A stretch of DNA of 64,000 bases from Prevotella sp. UBA4339. GTDB taxonomy: Bacteria > Bacteroidota > Bacteroidia > Bacteroidales > Bacteroidaceae. The notes beneath the pieces are model-generated. The model was given only the letters and a program-made list of their open reading frames with translations. It was not told where the DNA came from and did no database searches. Shown here one piece after another: positions 37,200-46,466 of this stretch. Where the stretch lies: contig DGTJ01000096.1 in the NCBI GenBank assembly GCA_002393725.1, forward strand, positions 952 through 64,951, in the 5' to 3' direction. The position numbers and the translations under genes are program-made. How positions within the stretch are numbered: position 1 is the first letter of the stretch; every line of letters starts with the position of its first letter.

Positions 37200-38414
37200 T
37201 CATGCAGCCGTCAGCGGTATCACCTTGTAGTGAGCCACGTGGCTGCGCTCCGTGCTCTCATATCCCAGAGCCTTCATAGCCCTGCCCAGATAGATGCGGG
37301 TGCTGTGAGAGTCCTTGACGGATGGATACTCATTGGTGATGATTTCCAGCAGGCGGTCACAGTTCATCGACAGCGAGGGCTCACCCTCCTCGGGCTTGCG
37401 GAAGCAGATGCGGATGATCTCCGTGATGTCCTTCTTCTCCATGTAGTTCTGATTGAGCTGCTGGATACGGGCCACCTCATCGTTGTTGAACCAGTAGGGT
37501 GACTTCTGCTCACGCACCTCGTATAGCACCTGGGCATAGAGCTGATCGTAGGGTATGTCGCCAGTGTTGTCGATGAATTTCCCCTTTGGTATCGTCAGGC
37601 AGATGTATCTGCGCGAGCCTGTTGCATCTGTCAGCGGGTGGGGATTGTTGGTGGTGGCCACAAACGACGCGTATCGGGGCCGGTCTTCCTGGCTTGCGCC
37701 ATAGATGGGGCGTCCGTTCACCTTGCTCTTCGAGAGTGTCTGCTTCAGGTTGGCATGCTGACTGGGGCGGATGGCATCGAGCTCATCGAGGTTGACCAGC
37801 AGGTTGTTCGTCAGGGCCATCTCCTTGTCAAACTTGTTTGAGAGGTTCAGGTGGTCCAGATAGTACTCTCTCAGAGTGGGAGGCAGCAGCCTCACCAGGA
37901 AGGTGGTCTTGCCACATCCCTGAGCGCCGATGAGCGTAGGCACACATTCATTGCCGTGGATGGTGTCCATCTGCAGCCAGTGGGCCACAACAGACCGCAG
38001 CCACGTGGCCAGATAGCCCATCAGTTCCGAGTCCACCCCAGGCAGGCGGTTGAAGAGTCGAGCCACGTGGTTCTCGCCGTCCCATCTCGGCAGGTGCTCC
38101 AGATAGTGGGCGATGGGGTCGAAGGTGTCAACCTCATTGGAGTTGACATACTCCACGATGTCCGACTTTGGCGAGCCGTTCTCACATAGTCCGTCACGCT
38201 TTGCGCGGATGATGATAGTGTTGAGAGCCGCCTGAGTCAGCGGTTTCCACTGCGGCTCCTGTAGTTCCTCTGCAGATTTCTCTGCAAACTCTACCTTGCC
38301 GTTGAGTACGTTTCGGCGGAAGTAGTAATGACTGACGAGGTACATCTCGATAGCGAGCATTCCCTCCTGAGAGGCTGCGAGAGCCCCTCCATTGATAAGA
38401 AGATTTTTTTCCAT
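37200..38414 (-). CDS. VirE/VapE-family P-loop ATPase/helicase (DUF3874-type C-terminus)
   Basis: WDGENHV, Walker A GAQGCGKTT, Walker B LVNLDELD, ATTNN, TDATGSRRY, QLYAQ. Confidence 0.9.
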   Translation of the reverse strand: MEKNLLINGGALAASQEGMLAIEMYLVSHYYFRRNVLNGKVEFAEKSAEELQEPQWKPLTQAALNTIIIRAKRDGLCENGSPKSDIVEYVNSNEVDTFDPIAHYLEHLPRWDGENHVARLFNRLPGVDSELMGYLATWLRSVVAHWLQMDTIHGNECVPTLIGAQGCGKTTFLVRLLPPTLREYYLDHLNLSNKFDKEMALTNNLLVNLDELDAIRPSQHANLKQTLSKSKVNGRPIYGASQEDRPRYASFVATTNNPHPLTDATGSRRYICLTIPKGKFIDNTGDIPYDQLYAQVLYEVREQKSPYWFNNDEVARIQQLNQNYMEKKDITEIIRICFRKPEEGEPSLSMNCDRLLEIITNEYPSVKDSHSTRIYLGRAMKALGYESTERSHVAHYKVIPLTAA

Positions 38415-38583
38415 AAGAAGATTTTTAAGTTAATGTTATAGCTTTGTTCCTTTTGTTCGTTTTCCTTTCTTTTGTAATTCGGGCGCAAAGATACAACATT
38501 TATTCTGCGGTTGCAAGTTTTTCCTCAAAAAAAGCACAAATTTTTGATTCCAATTGGTGCGTTTTAACATTTGGCCTGTTGCG

Positions 38584-38703
38584 AGGGAGGTATGAGGGAG
38601 GTATAAGGGAGGTATGAGGGAGGTATCCCGCACATACCTCCCTCTGCGAAACCCCTCTGTACAAAGGCGTTTCGAGAGATTTAGGGAGGTATCCGCCTAT
38701 TTT
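38584..38703. repeat. Right arm of the long inverted repeat around the VirE gene
   Basis: AGGGAGGTATN x4, then the hairpin core; matches 37083-37191 inverted. Confidence 0.95.
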
Positions 38704-38836
38704 GCAATAATATCCACTTATCTGGCAATAACAACCACTTATCAGGCAATAACAACCACTTATCTGAAAATAAGTGGCTACCATTAAAGGTAGCAATTGT
38801 TACCATTAATGGTAGCAATCGCCAGCATTAATGGTG
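38704..38836. repeat. 21-bp (GCAATAACAACCACTTATCTG x3) and 22-bp (palindromic TACCATTAAWGGTAG) tandem repeats
   Basis: Read directly; abut the right inverted-repeat arm. Confidence 0.8.
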
Positions 38837-39096
38837 ATGCATACTTATTCACACCTGCATAAATATTCACTGCGCTGTAAGAATTTTCTGCTACGCCTAA
38901 GAGAAAATATTCCCACGTTGGGGAAAAATTACTCCCCAGTGAGGGAGAAAAGTAATCCCGCCCCCGATGATGTTACGGTCCACTTAGCCACTGCAGCATG
39001 CATAAACATTCACTCAAAGAGCACAAAAAAAGATCAAAGACCCATGATCGTTCCGTTTCACGCTCGAAGGTAGGCTGCATCTCGGGACCAAAAAAT

Positions 39097-39213
39097 AAAT
39101 GCGATTCTGAAGATTTTGATTAGATTAACAATCAAAATCGTGTATTTCACTCGATTTTCACTATCTTTGCAACCGAAACCAAACATGTTAGGATTATGAC
39201 GACAATACAGTTG
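39097..39213 (+). promoter_or_regulatory. TA promoter/operator block, copy 2
   Basis: Near-identical to 27625-27743; TATCTTTG at 39162-39169. Confidence 0.8.
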
Positions 39214-39450
39214 AACAATCTCTGGACGTATATCCAAGGGATGGCATTAAAGAAAAAGGATCGCGAGTGGCTGGCAGGAAAGCTGCTGGAGCCTACCGCT
39301 GACGATGCCAAGACCGCACAGCAGAAGGCGTATGTGAAGGAATCATTGTACCGCGCACTCGATGAGGTGGAACGTGCCAAGCTGGGTGAGCACAAGATGA
39401 TGACGGAGGAAGAGTTCCTTGAGGGACTCAAGAAGGAGGGCATCGGATGA
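39196..39450 (+). CDS. Putative antitoxin (TA3)
   Basis: 84 aa, LNNLWTYIQGM..REWLA..EEFL; ATGA overlap with the toxin. Confidence 0.78.
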   Translation: MTTIQLNNLWTYIQGMALKKKDREWLAGKLLEPTADDAKTAQQKAYVKESLYRALDEVERAKLGEHKMMTEEEFLEGLKKEGIG

Positions 39451-39782
39451 ATGTAAAGATAATCCCCTCTGTGGAGTTCGACCGCCAGTTCAAGCGGCTG
39501 GCCAAAAAGTACAAGTCACTGTTGGATGACTACCTTACTTTTAGTAAAGAACTCAAGGAGAACCCTCTGCAGGGGGCGGCACTCGGCCGTGGCGTGCGCA
39601 AGATTCGCATGGCCATCGGCTCGAAAGGCAAGGGCAAGAGCGGTGGCGCCCGTGTGCTGACGCTGACCGTGCTGGTAAGCGAAGATGCTGATGTGACGCT
39701 GCTTACTATCTACGACAAGGACGAGATAGACAACGTGTCGGACGAGTACATCCGCTGGCTTATCAGTGTAGCCGGTAAGTAG
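39447..39782 (+). CDS. relE: RelE/ParE (HigB-like) family toxin (TA3)
   Basis: FKRLAKKYKSL, RKIRMAIGSKGKGKSGGARV, LLTIYDK. Confidence 0.9.
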   Translation: MNVKIIPSVEFDRQFKRLAKKYKSLLDDYLTFSKELKENPLQGAALGRGVRKIRMAIGSKGKGKSGGARVLTLTVLVSEDADVTLLTIYDKDEIDNVSDEYIRWLISVAGK

Positions 39783-40184
39783 CCCTTTCATGTTAGGCTC
39801 ACACGGGGGCTCTTACCTTTGCAGCCTGTATGGACAGTCTTGACTATATTTTCGGCCTCGCGGCACTGGCGTACATCGTGACAAGATCAGAGGTCATTGA
39901 TCTTTTTTTCATTTGGGTCAGGGGACTTTGACCCACTCAAACAATTGCCGAGACTACCAAATAAATAGTGGTTTTTTCGTATCTTTGCCCGCGTATTTAA
40001 ATTAATGAAAGGAATGAATAACATCTGTAGTATCAACCAAAAGTGGGTCAGAGAACCGTCCCCGTGATCAAGCGTGATCATTCACTCAAAGAGCACAAAA
40101 GCCCCGTCACTATCGTGCCCTGAGAGAAAAAAATGGAAAATATGCTTGCAAAATTCACAAAATCTTCGTAACTTAGCACCCGAA

Positions 40185-41330
40185 ATGAGAGAGATGCAAT
40201 TCGCAGCCATAGTGCTGACGATGTCGATGGCCATGATCCTGATGACCATGCTGCCCGCCGAGGTGAAGGATGACCGTGTGGCCAACCGCTCACGCTGGTG
40301 GATGGCTGGTGCACTGCTGCTGCTCACGGTGCAGTTCCTGCTGCAATACCTGCTGGGATTGCGCCAGGAGGGCGTGGTGCAGGCAGTGATGCTCAATCTG
40401 ATATGCTTCGTGCCCTGCTCGATGCTGCTCTCTATGAGCGTGCTCAACCTGCAGTTGCAGGGTCGCCCCCTGCATAGAGACTGGGCCGTAGGCGGAGCTG
40501 TCACACTGTGCATATCGGGCGGTTTCGCCATACTCGCACTGCTGCAGCAGAGCCATGCCGTCAGCCTCGACACGGGCAGTCTGCTGCGCATAGAGGTGGC
40601 AGGCAGCATCGTCTATGCCGCCCTGCAGCTGTACTACGGCCTTCGCATCGGCCGCCAGCTGCGGAAGATGGAGCAGGCACTCGACGACTACTATGCCCAG
40701 GAGCAGCCCGGCCTGCTGCGCTGGATGAAGGTGAGCATCGGCGGCCTGCTCGCACTGGCCCTCACCGTGCCCGCATTCATCTTCCTGCAGGGATTGCCGC
40801 TGGCGCTCTATGGAGTGTTCTTCGTCGTGGCCATCGTCTACCTGTGGTTCAGCATGGTGCGCTATATCATCTCTGAAGAGAGCCGTCGCATGAAGGAGGC
40901 AGCCGGCAGCGAGCAGACGGAGCAGGACGAGGAGCAAGCCCTCAGCGATGAGGCACTCGCCCCGGCCGCTGACGGCTCTGCCGAAGCAGCTCGCAGTCTG
41001 GTGGAGGACAAAGTGGTCCAGTGGACAGAGCGTAAGGGCTACCTGAAACAGGGACTCACCAAGAAGCAGGTGGCAGAGGCCATGCAGCTGTCCGACAATC
41101 AGCTTGGAGAATGGATCAGGGCGCAGGGATACAAGTCGTTCAGACAGTGGATGAACACGCTGTGCATCGAAGAGGCCACACGGCAGCTGTCGACGCACGG
41201 CGACTTCAACATCGGATCGATAGCCGACCTCTGCGGCATCAGCCGGTCACACTTCCACCGGCTGTTCAGACAGTACACCGGCACCACTCCGGCCCAATAT
41301 CAAAAACTAACCCTGGAGAGAAAGCAATGA
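40185..41330 (+). CDS. Membrane-anchored AraC-family transcriptional regulator
   Basis: Several N-terminal TM helices; C-terminal [33 protein letters not shown]. Confidence 0.88.
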   Translation: MREMQFAAIVLTMSMAMILMTMLPAEVKDDRVANRSRWWMAGALLLLTVQFLLQYLLGLRQEGVVQAVMLNLICFVPCSMLLSMSVLNLQLQGRPLHRDWAVGGAVTLCISGGFAILALLQQSHAVSLDTGSLLRIEVAGSIVYAALQLYYGLRIGRQLRKMEQALDDYYAQEQPGLLRWMKVSIGGLLALALTVPAFIFLQGLPLALYGVFFVVAIVYLWFSMVRYIISEESRRMKEAAGSEQTEQDEEQALSDEALAPAADGSAEAARSLVEDKVVQWTERKGYLKQGLTKKQVAEAMQLSDNQLGEWIRAQGYKSFRQWMNTLCIEEATRQLSTHGDFNIGSIADLCGISRSHFHRLFRQYTGTTPAQYQKLTLERKQ

Positions 41331-41629
41331 AGTATACGATGAAGAAATCACTGACGCTCAACTGCGCATTATTCATCTTGCGCTGTGCATTATATCTGGC
41401 TCCCGTGCTGATGTGTGCGGCAGCAAGTGCCGAAGAACTGCTGCCGCGCGACCAAACGGCTGCAAAGGCGCACGACAAGGCTAAGCACAGGAAGAAGGTG
41501 GCAGTGGTGCTCAGCGGCGGCGGTGCCAAGGGCATGGCCCACATCGGAGTGCTGAAGGTGCTGGAGAAGGCGGGCATACCTGTCGACATCGTCACGGAAG
41601 GCATACTTCTACCTGAACCTCGGATATGA
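41327..41629 (+). pseudogene. Truncated patatin-like phospholipase
   Basis: [33 protein letters not shown], then diverges exactly where the GxSxG nucleophile motif should be. Confidence 0.8.
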
Positions 41630-41660
41630 ATTTTAGATTTAATTATAATAATTAAGTATT

Positions 41661-42638
41661 ATGAGCAAGATTAAGACTATCGGTATTTTGACGTCGGGTG
41701 GCGATGCTCCCGGCATGAATGCGGCAATACGCGCCGTGACACGTGCAGGTATCTACAACCAGTTTAAGATCAAGGGCATCTATCGTGGATTCGACGGTCT
41801 CATCAAGGGTGAGATAAAGGACTTCACCACTGAGGATGTGAGCGGTATTATCACCCGAGGCGGCACCATACTGAAGACAGCCCGCTCGAAGGAGTTTATG
41901 ACGCCCGAAGGTCGCCAGAAGGCTTACGAGACCTGCCAGCAGCACGGCATCGACGCACTGGTGGTGATAGGTGGTAACGGATCGCTGACAGGAGCCTGGA
42001 ACTTCGGAGTGGAGTTCGACTATCCCGTCATCGGACTGCCCGGCACCATCGACAACGACCTCTACGGCACTGATGCCACTATCGGATACGACACTACGAT
42101 GAACACCATCATGGAGTGTGTGGACCGCATCCGTGACACTGCCAACTCCCACGAGCGCATCTTCTTCGTCGAGGTGATGGGGCGCGATGCCGGTTTCCTG
42201 GCTCAGAACTGCGCTATAGCCTGCGGTGCCGAAGCTGCTATCGTGCCTGAGGAGACAACCGACGTAGACCAGCTGGCTGCATTCATGGGCAGAGGCATAA
42301 GAAAGTCGAAGAAGTCGTGTATCGTCATCGTGTCAGAGAGTCCCAAGTGCGGTGCCCTCTACTATGCAGACCGCGTGAAGAATGAGTTCCCGGAGTTCGA
42401 TGTGCGCGTGTCTATTCTCGGACACCTGCAGCGAGGAGGCTCGCCCTCAGCACGCGACCGCATACTGGCAAGCTGTATGGGCGTGGGAGCCATTGAGGCT
42501 TTCATCCAGGGACAGCGTAATGTCATGATAGGATACCGAATGAACGAGATAGTGTACGTGCCTTTCTCAGAGTGCATCCGCACCGACAAGCGTTTCGACA
42601 AGAGACTTATCAGTGTGCTGGATGAGTTGAGTATTTAG
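41661..42638 (+). CDS. pfkA: ATP-dependent 6-phosphofructokinase
   Basis: [39 protein letters not shown]. Confidence 0.97.
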   Translation: MSKIKTIGILTSGGDAPGMNAAIRAVTRAGIYNQFKIKGIYRGFDGLIKGEIKDFTTEDVSGIITRGGTILKTARSKEFMTPEGRQKAYETCQQHGIDALVVIGGNGSLTGAWNFGVEFDYPVIGLPGTIDNDLYGTDATIGYDTTMNTIMECVDRIRDTANSHERIFFVEVMGRDAGFLAQNCAIACGAEAAIVPEETTDVDQLAAFMGRGIRKSKKSCIVIVSESPKCGALYYADRVKNEFPEFDVRVSILGHLQRGGSPSARDRILASCMGVGAIEAFIQGQRNVMIGYRMNEIVYVPFSECIRTDKRFDKRLISVLDELSI

Positions 42639-42725
42639 TGTGGAATGTGGAATGTGGAATGTGGAATGAGGAATGTGGAATGTGGAATGTGGAATGAGGA
42701 ATGTGAAATGAGGAATGTGAATTAT
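42639..42725. repeat. Heptamer array (TGTGGAA/TGAGGAA), about 12 units, at the pfkA/GH31 junction
   Basis: Begins immediately after the pfkA TAG. Confidence 0.9.
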
Positions 42726-45122
42726 GCATTGTGCATTGCGCTTTTTGCATTATGCATCGGGTATTGTACGGCGGGATTTGCACAGGAGGTGAAGGTGGAG
42801 TTCTTTACGCCAGGTATTGTACATGTCGTAAAGGGACAGCCTACAAAGTCGCTGGTGGTCATCGCTCAGCCTGAAGAGGTGGCAGTAGCCAGGAAAGGAA
42901 ACTCCTGGACGAGTAGTGAACTGACCGTGAGGCAGGACGCAAAGGGTAACCTGACCTTCCTGACAGCAAAAGGAAAGGTGCTGCTCAGAGAAAAGGGCTG
43001 CGACGTGGCTGAGGTGAGCCAGACTTTCACCCTCGACAAGGACGAGGCAATCTACGGACTTGGCACCATTCAGAACGGCAAGATGAATCGTCGCGGTGAG
43101 AAGAAGCGTATGGAGCAGTCGAACCTCGAGGACTTCCAGAGCGTTGTGCAGTCGATAAAGGGCTGGGGCATATATTGGGAGAACTACTCTCCGACTCTCT
43201 TCGAAGACAATGCCAACGGCATGACCTTCAACTCTGAGGCAGGGGAGGGTATCGACTACTATTTCATGTATGGCGGCTCTGCCGACGGAGTGATTGCACA
43301 GATGCGCCATCTCTCTGGCAACGTGCCGATGTTCCCTCTGTGGACGTACGGCTTCTGGCAGTCGAAGGAGAGATATAAGACTGCTGCTGAGACGGAGAGC
43401 ATAGTGGATAAGTATCGTGAGCTGCAAGTGCCTCTCGACGGTATCATACAGGACTGGCAGTATTGGGGTTCCAACTATCTGTGGAATGCTATGGACTTCC
43501 TGGCAGAAGACTTTGCCAAGGGACCTCAGATGATAAAGAATGTCCACGATAAGCATGCTCACTTCATGATCTCTATCTGGGCAAGTTTCGGACCCCAGAC
43601 TCAGCAGTTCCGTGAACTTGATGAGAAGGGTCTCCTGCTGCCTATCGAGACATGGCCGCAGAGTGGTCTCTCGCATATCTGGCCTCCACGTATGGACTAT
43701 CCGTCGGGCGTAAAGGTGTACGATGCATTCAGCCCTGAGGCACGCGCTATCTATTGGAGATATCTTAAGAAACTGTATGACTATGGTACTGATGCCTGGT
43801 GGATGGACTCTACCGACCCAGACTTCTTCAATCCTCGTGAGAGCGATTACGGGCATAAGGTCTATGGAGGCACATGGCGCTCGCAGCGTAATGCGTTCCC
43901 TCTGGAGACCGTTCGAGGCATCTATCAGTCGCAGCGCCAGTCAGCTGACACCCAACCTCTGTCACCCAACAGTTCTAAACGAGTATTCATCATGACCCGT
44001 AGTAGTTTTGCAGGTCAGCAGCACTATGGCTCAAACATGTGGAGCGGCGATGTGGCTTCATCGTGGGACATGCTTCGCAAACAAGTGCCAGCAGGACTGA
44101 GCTTCTCGCTGACGGGGAATCCTAACTTCAATACCGATATCGGGGGATTCTTCTGCGGGGCGTATAATACACGTGGATCTGGCTCTGCACCAAGGAATCC
44201 TCAGTTCCAGGAGCTGTACGTGCGATGGATGCAGTATGGATTGTTCTGTCCTGTGTTCCGCAGTCACGGTGCCGATGCTCCTCGTGAGATATGGCAGTTC
44301 GGAAAGAAGGGCGAGCCCGTTTACGATGCCATCGAGAAAATGATTCGCCTGCGATATCGCCTTATACCTTATTTATATAGCACCGCATGGCAGGTTACTT
44401 CTGCCAATGAGAGCTATCTGCGACCTCTCTTCAGTGACTTCGCTGACGACAGGAAGGTGTGGAACACCACAGATGAGTTTATGTTCGGACGCAGCATCCT
44501 TGCAGCTCCTATTGTTGACCCGCAGTACACTGGGGAGAAAATCATCAAGGAAGATGCGATGACAGGATGGGATAAGAAGGAGGAAGGAGAAAGGAGTAAG
44601 GAGGAAGGAAAAAGGAGTAAGGAGGAAGGAGAAAGGAGTAAGGAGAAAGGAAAAATGACTGACTGGAGTGCTTCGAGGACGGCTGTGAAGTATCTGCCGA
44701 AGGGCGCTCTGTGGTATGACTTCTGGACAAACAAAGCATATAAGGGCGGACAGAGCATCACTATAGAGACCTCTTTCGACCGTGTGCCGATGTTCGTACG
44801 TGCAGGAAGCATCCTGCCCCTTGGACCTGAGATGCAGTATGTGGGAGAGAAACCTTGGGACAACCTTGAAATGCGTATATATCCTGGAGCTGACGGCCAC
44901 TTCACACTCTATGAGGATGAGGGCGATGGATACAACTATGAGAAGGGGGTATATACTACTATCGACTTCCACTGGAACAACAAGACTCGTACACTTTATA
45001 TCAGTGACCGGAAAGGTGAGTATCCTGGTATGATAAATAACCGCCGCTTCACCATCGTGCTTCCTGATGGCACAACGACATCAGTAGACTACGACGGGAA
45101 GTCAAAGTCGGTTAATCTTTAA
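42645..45122 (+). CDS. Glycoside hydrolase family 31 (alpha-xylosidase/glucosidase-like); start lies within the repeat
   Basis: GFWQSKERY, IIQDWQYW, WWMDSTDP, WSGDV, TDIGGF, RSHG, LYEDEGD. Confidence 0.92.
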   Translation: MWNVECGMRNVECGMWNEECEMRNVNYALCIALFALCIGYCTAGFAQEVKVEFFTPGIVHVVKGQPTKSLVVIAQPEEVAVARKGNSWTSSELTVRQDAKGNLTFLTAKGKVLLREKGCDVAEVSQTFTLDKDEAIYGLGTIQNGKMNRRGEKKRMEQSNLEDFQSVVQSIKGWGIYWENYSPTLFEDNANGMTFNSEAGEGIDYYFMYGGSADGVIAQMRHLSGNVPMFPLWTYGFWQSKERYKTAAETESIVDKYRELQVPLDGIIQDWQYWGSNYLWNAMDFLAEDFAKGPQMIKNVHDKHAHFMISIWASFGPQTQQFRELDEKGLLLPIETWPQSGLSHIWPPRMDYPSGVKVYDAFSPEARAIYWRYLKKLYDYGTDAWWMDSTDPDFFNPRESDYGHKVYGGTWRSQRNAFPLETVRGIYQSQRQSADTQPLSPNSSKRVFIMTRSSFAGQQHYGSNMWSGDVASSWDMLRKQVPAGLSFSLTGNPNFNTDIGGFFCGAYNTRGSGSAPRNPQFQELYVRWMQYGLFCPVFRSHGADAPREIWQFGKKGEPVYDAIEKMIRLRYRLIPYLYSTAWQVTSANESYLRPLFSDFADDRKVWNTTDEFMFGRSILAAPIVDPQYTGEKIIKEDAMTGWDKKEEGERSKEEGKRSKEEGERSKEKGKMTDWSASRTAVKYLPKGALWYDFWTNKAYKGGQSITIETSFDRVPMFVRAGSILPLGPEMQYVGEKPWDNLEMRIYPGADGHFTLYEDEGDGYNYEKGVYTTIDFHWNNKTRTLYISDRKGEYPGMINNRRFTIVLPDGTTTSVDYDGKSKSVNL

Positions 45123-45136
45123 TACTGAGTCGCACA

Positions 45137-46087
45137 ATGCGTTATACTGCTGCATTTCCTGAATGTGCATTCTTGCTGGCTCTCCTGCTCTCGATGACCG
45201 CATGTCATAATAATGGCAAAGCTGTCACTGTGGCTCTCACTCCAGAGCAGGAGCTGCTGGCAGAAATCAATAATATCGATAGCGTAACATTTCAAACGAT
45301 TGTCAATCCTGACTCTGTAGAAGGTTTTGACAAGTTGTCAACCTTGTCTGCAGAGGCATGGATGCTCATTGATGACTCTACGGGGATGGTCATCAGTCAG
45401 AAGTATGCCAACGAACCTCAGTATATGGCCTCACTCACCAAGATGATGACTTGTCTGCTGGCTCTTGAGAATGGTAATATGGCTGATACCGTTGAGATAA
45501 CCAAAGATGTCTTCATCAACAGGAATTCGAGGGTAAGACTGGGTGAGCGCTATCTGCTGGGCAACCTGATATATGAAATGATGCTGCAGAGCGACAACGA
45601 TGCCGCCTATGCCATAGCAAAGCACCTGGCGGGCGACACCCTGAAGTTCTGTGAGATCATGAACGAAAAGGCTGCATATATCGGCATGTCAAACACGCAC
45701 TTTGCCAATCCTAACGGTATGCCAAACATTAATAACTATAGTACAGCCTGCGACCTTATCCGGCTGGCTCGCTATAGCATGCGCGACAGTGCATTTGCAA
45801 CTGTCGTAGGTACTGTTTACAAGGACGTGCCGCTTGTCGATGGCAGGCATATGGCATGCTACAACACTAACGTGCTGCTGAATAAATATCAGGGGTGTAT
45901 CGGCATCAAGACAGGATTTACCCGTCAGGCAGGTAACTGTCTGGCTTCTGCTGCCACCCGCGACGGCATCACCCTATATCTTATACTGCTCAACAGTCGT
46001 AGCAGATCGTCGCGCTTCAATGAGTCGGCCATTTTGCTCGACTATGGCTTCAAGGCCATGAAGGCTTTTCGTGCCCTCAGACCTTGA
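45137..46087 (+). CDS. D-alanyl-D-alanine carboxypeptidase (peptidase S11), lipoprotein
   Basis: SxxK (ASLTKMMT), SxN (SDN), KTG; lipobox MTAC. Confidence 0.92.
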   Translation: MRYTAAFPECAFLLALLLSMTACHNNGKAVTVALTPEQELLAEINNIDSVTFQTIVNPDSVEGFDKLSTLSAEAWMLIDDSTGMVISQKYANEPQYMASLTKMMTCLLALENGNMADTVEITKDVFINRNSRVRLGERYLLGNLIYEMMLQSDNDAAYAIAKHLAGDTLKFCEIMNEKAAYIGMSNTHFANPNGMPNINNYSTACDLIRLARYSMRDSAFATVVGTVYKDVPLVDGRHMACYNTNVLLNKYQGCIGIKTGFTRQAGNCLASAATRDGITLYLILLNSRSRSSRFNESAILLDYGFKAMKAFRALRP

Positions 46088-46095
46088 AGCGGGAG

Positions 46096-46410
46096 TTATG
46101 CGTCGCCTTTAGGCATAAAAGGTGAGATGGTGCGAGGCTCCTGATTGGGAATCTTTATCTCACCAAACTCACGCTCGTAGCGGAAGATGTTCTCCTGAAG
46201 AGCTCCAAGCAGGCGCTTTGCATGCTCTGGAGCCAGGATGACGCGACTCTTAACCTGAGCCTTGGGCACTCCTGGGAGCACTCGGGCAAAGTCGATCACG
46301 AAATCACTTGAGCCATGGGTGATGATGGCGAAATTAGCATATTCACCCTGTGCCACGTCTACTGGCAGTTCTATCTGCAGGCCTTGCTGCTTGTCATCGT
46401 TCTGAGGCAT
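46096..46410 (-). CDS. DUF3467 family protein
   Basis: AQGEYANFAII, FVIDF, SRVILAPEHAKRLL. Confidence 0.88.
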   Translation of the reverse strand: MPQNDDKQQGLQIELPVDVAQGEYANFAIITHGSSDFVIDFARVLPGVPKAQVKSRVILAPEHAKRLLGALQENIFRYEREFGEIKIPNQEPRTISPFMPKGDA

Positions 46411-46466
46411 TGTTGGAATGTTAAATGTGGAATGAGGAATGAGGAATGTGGAATGAGAAATGTGCA

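Noticed and set aside
27600..41600. Prophage, ICE, IS or diversity-generating retroelement
   Set aside because: No integrase, transposase, relaxase, reverse transcriptase or phage structural gene recognised; no repeat pair differing only at adenines was noticed.
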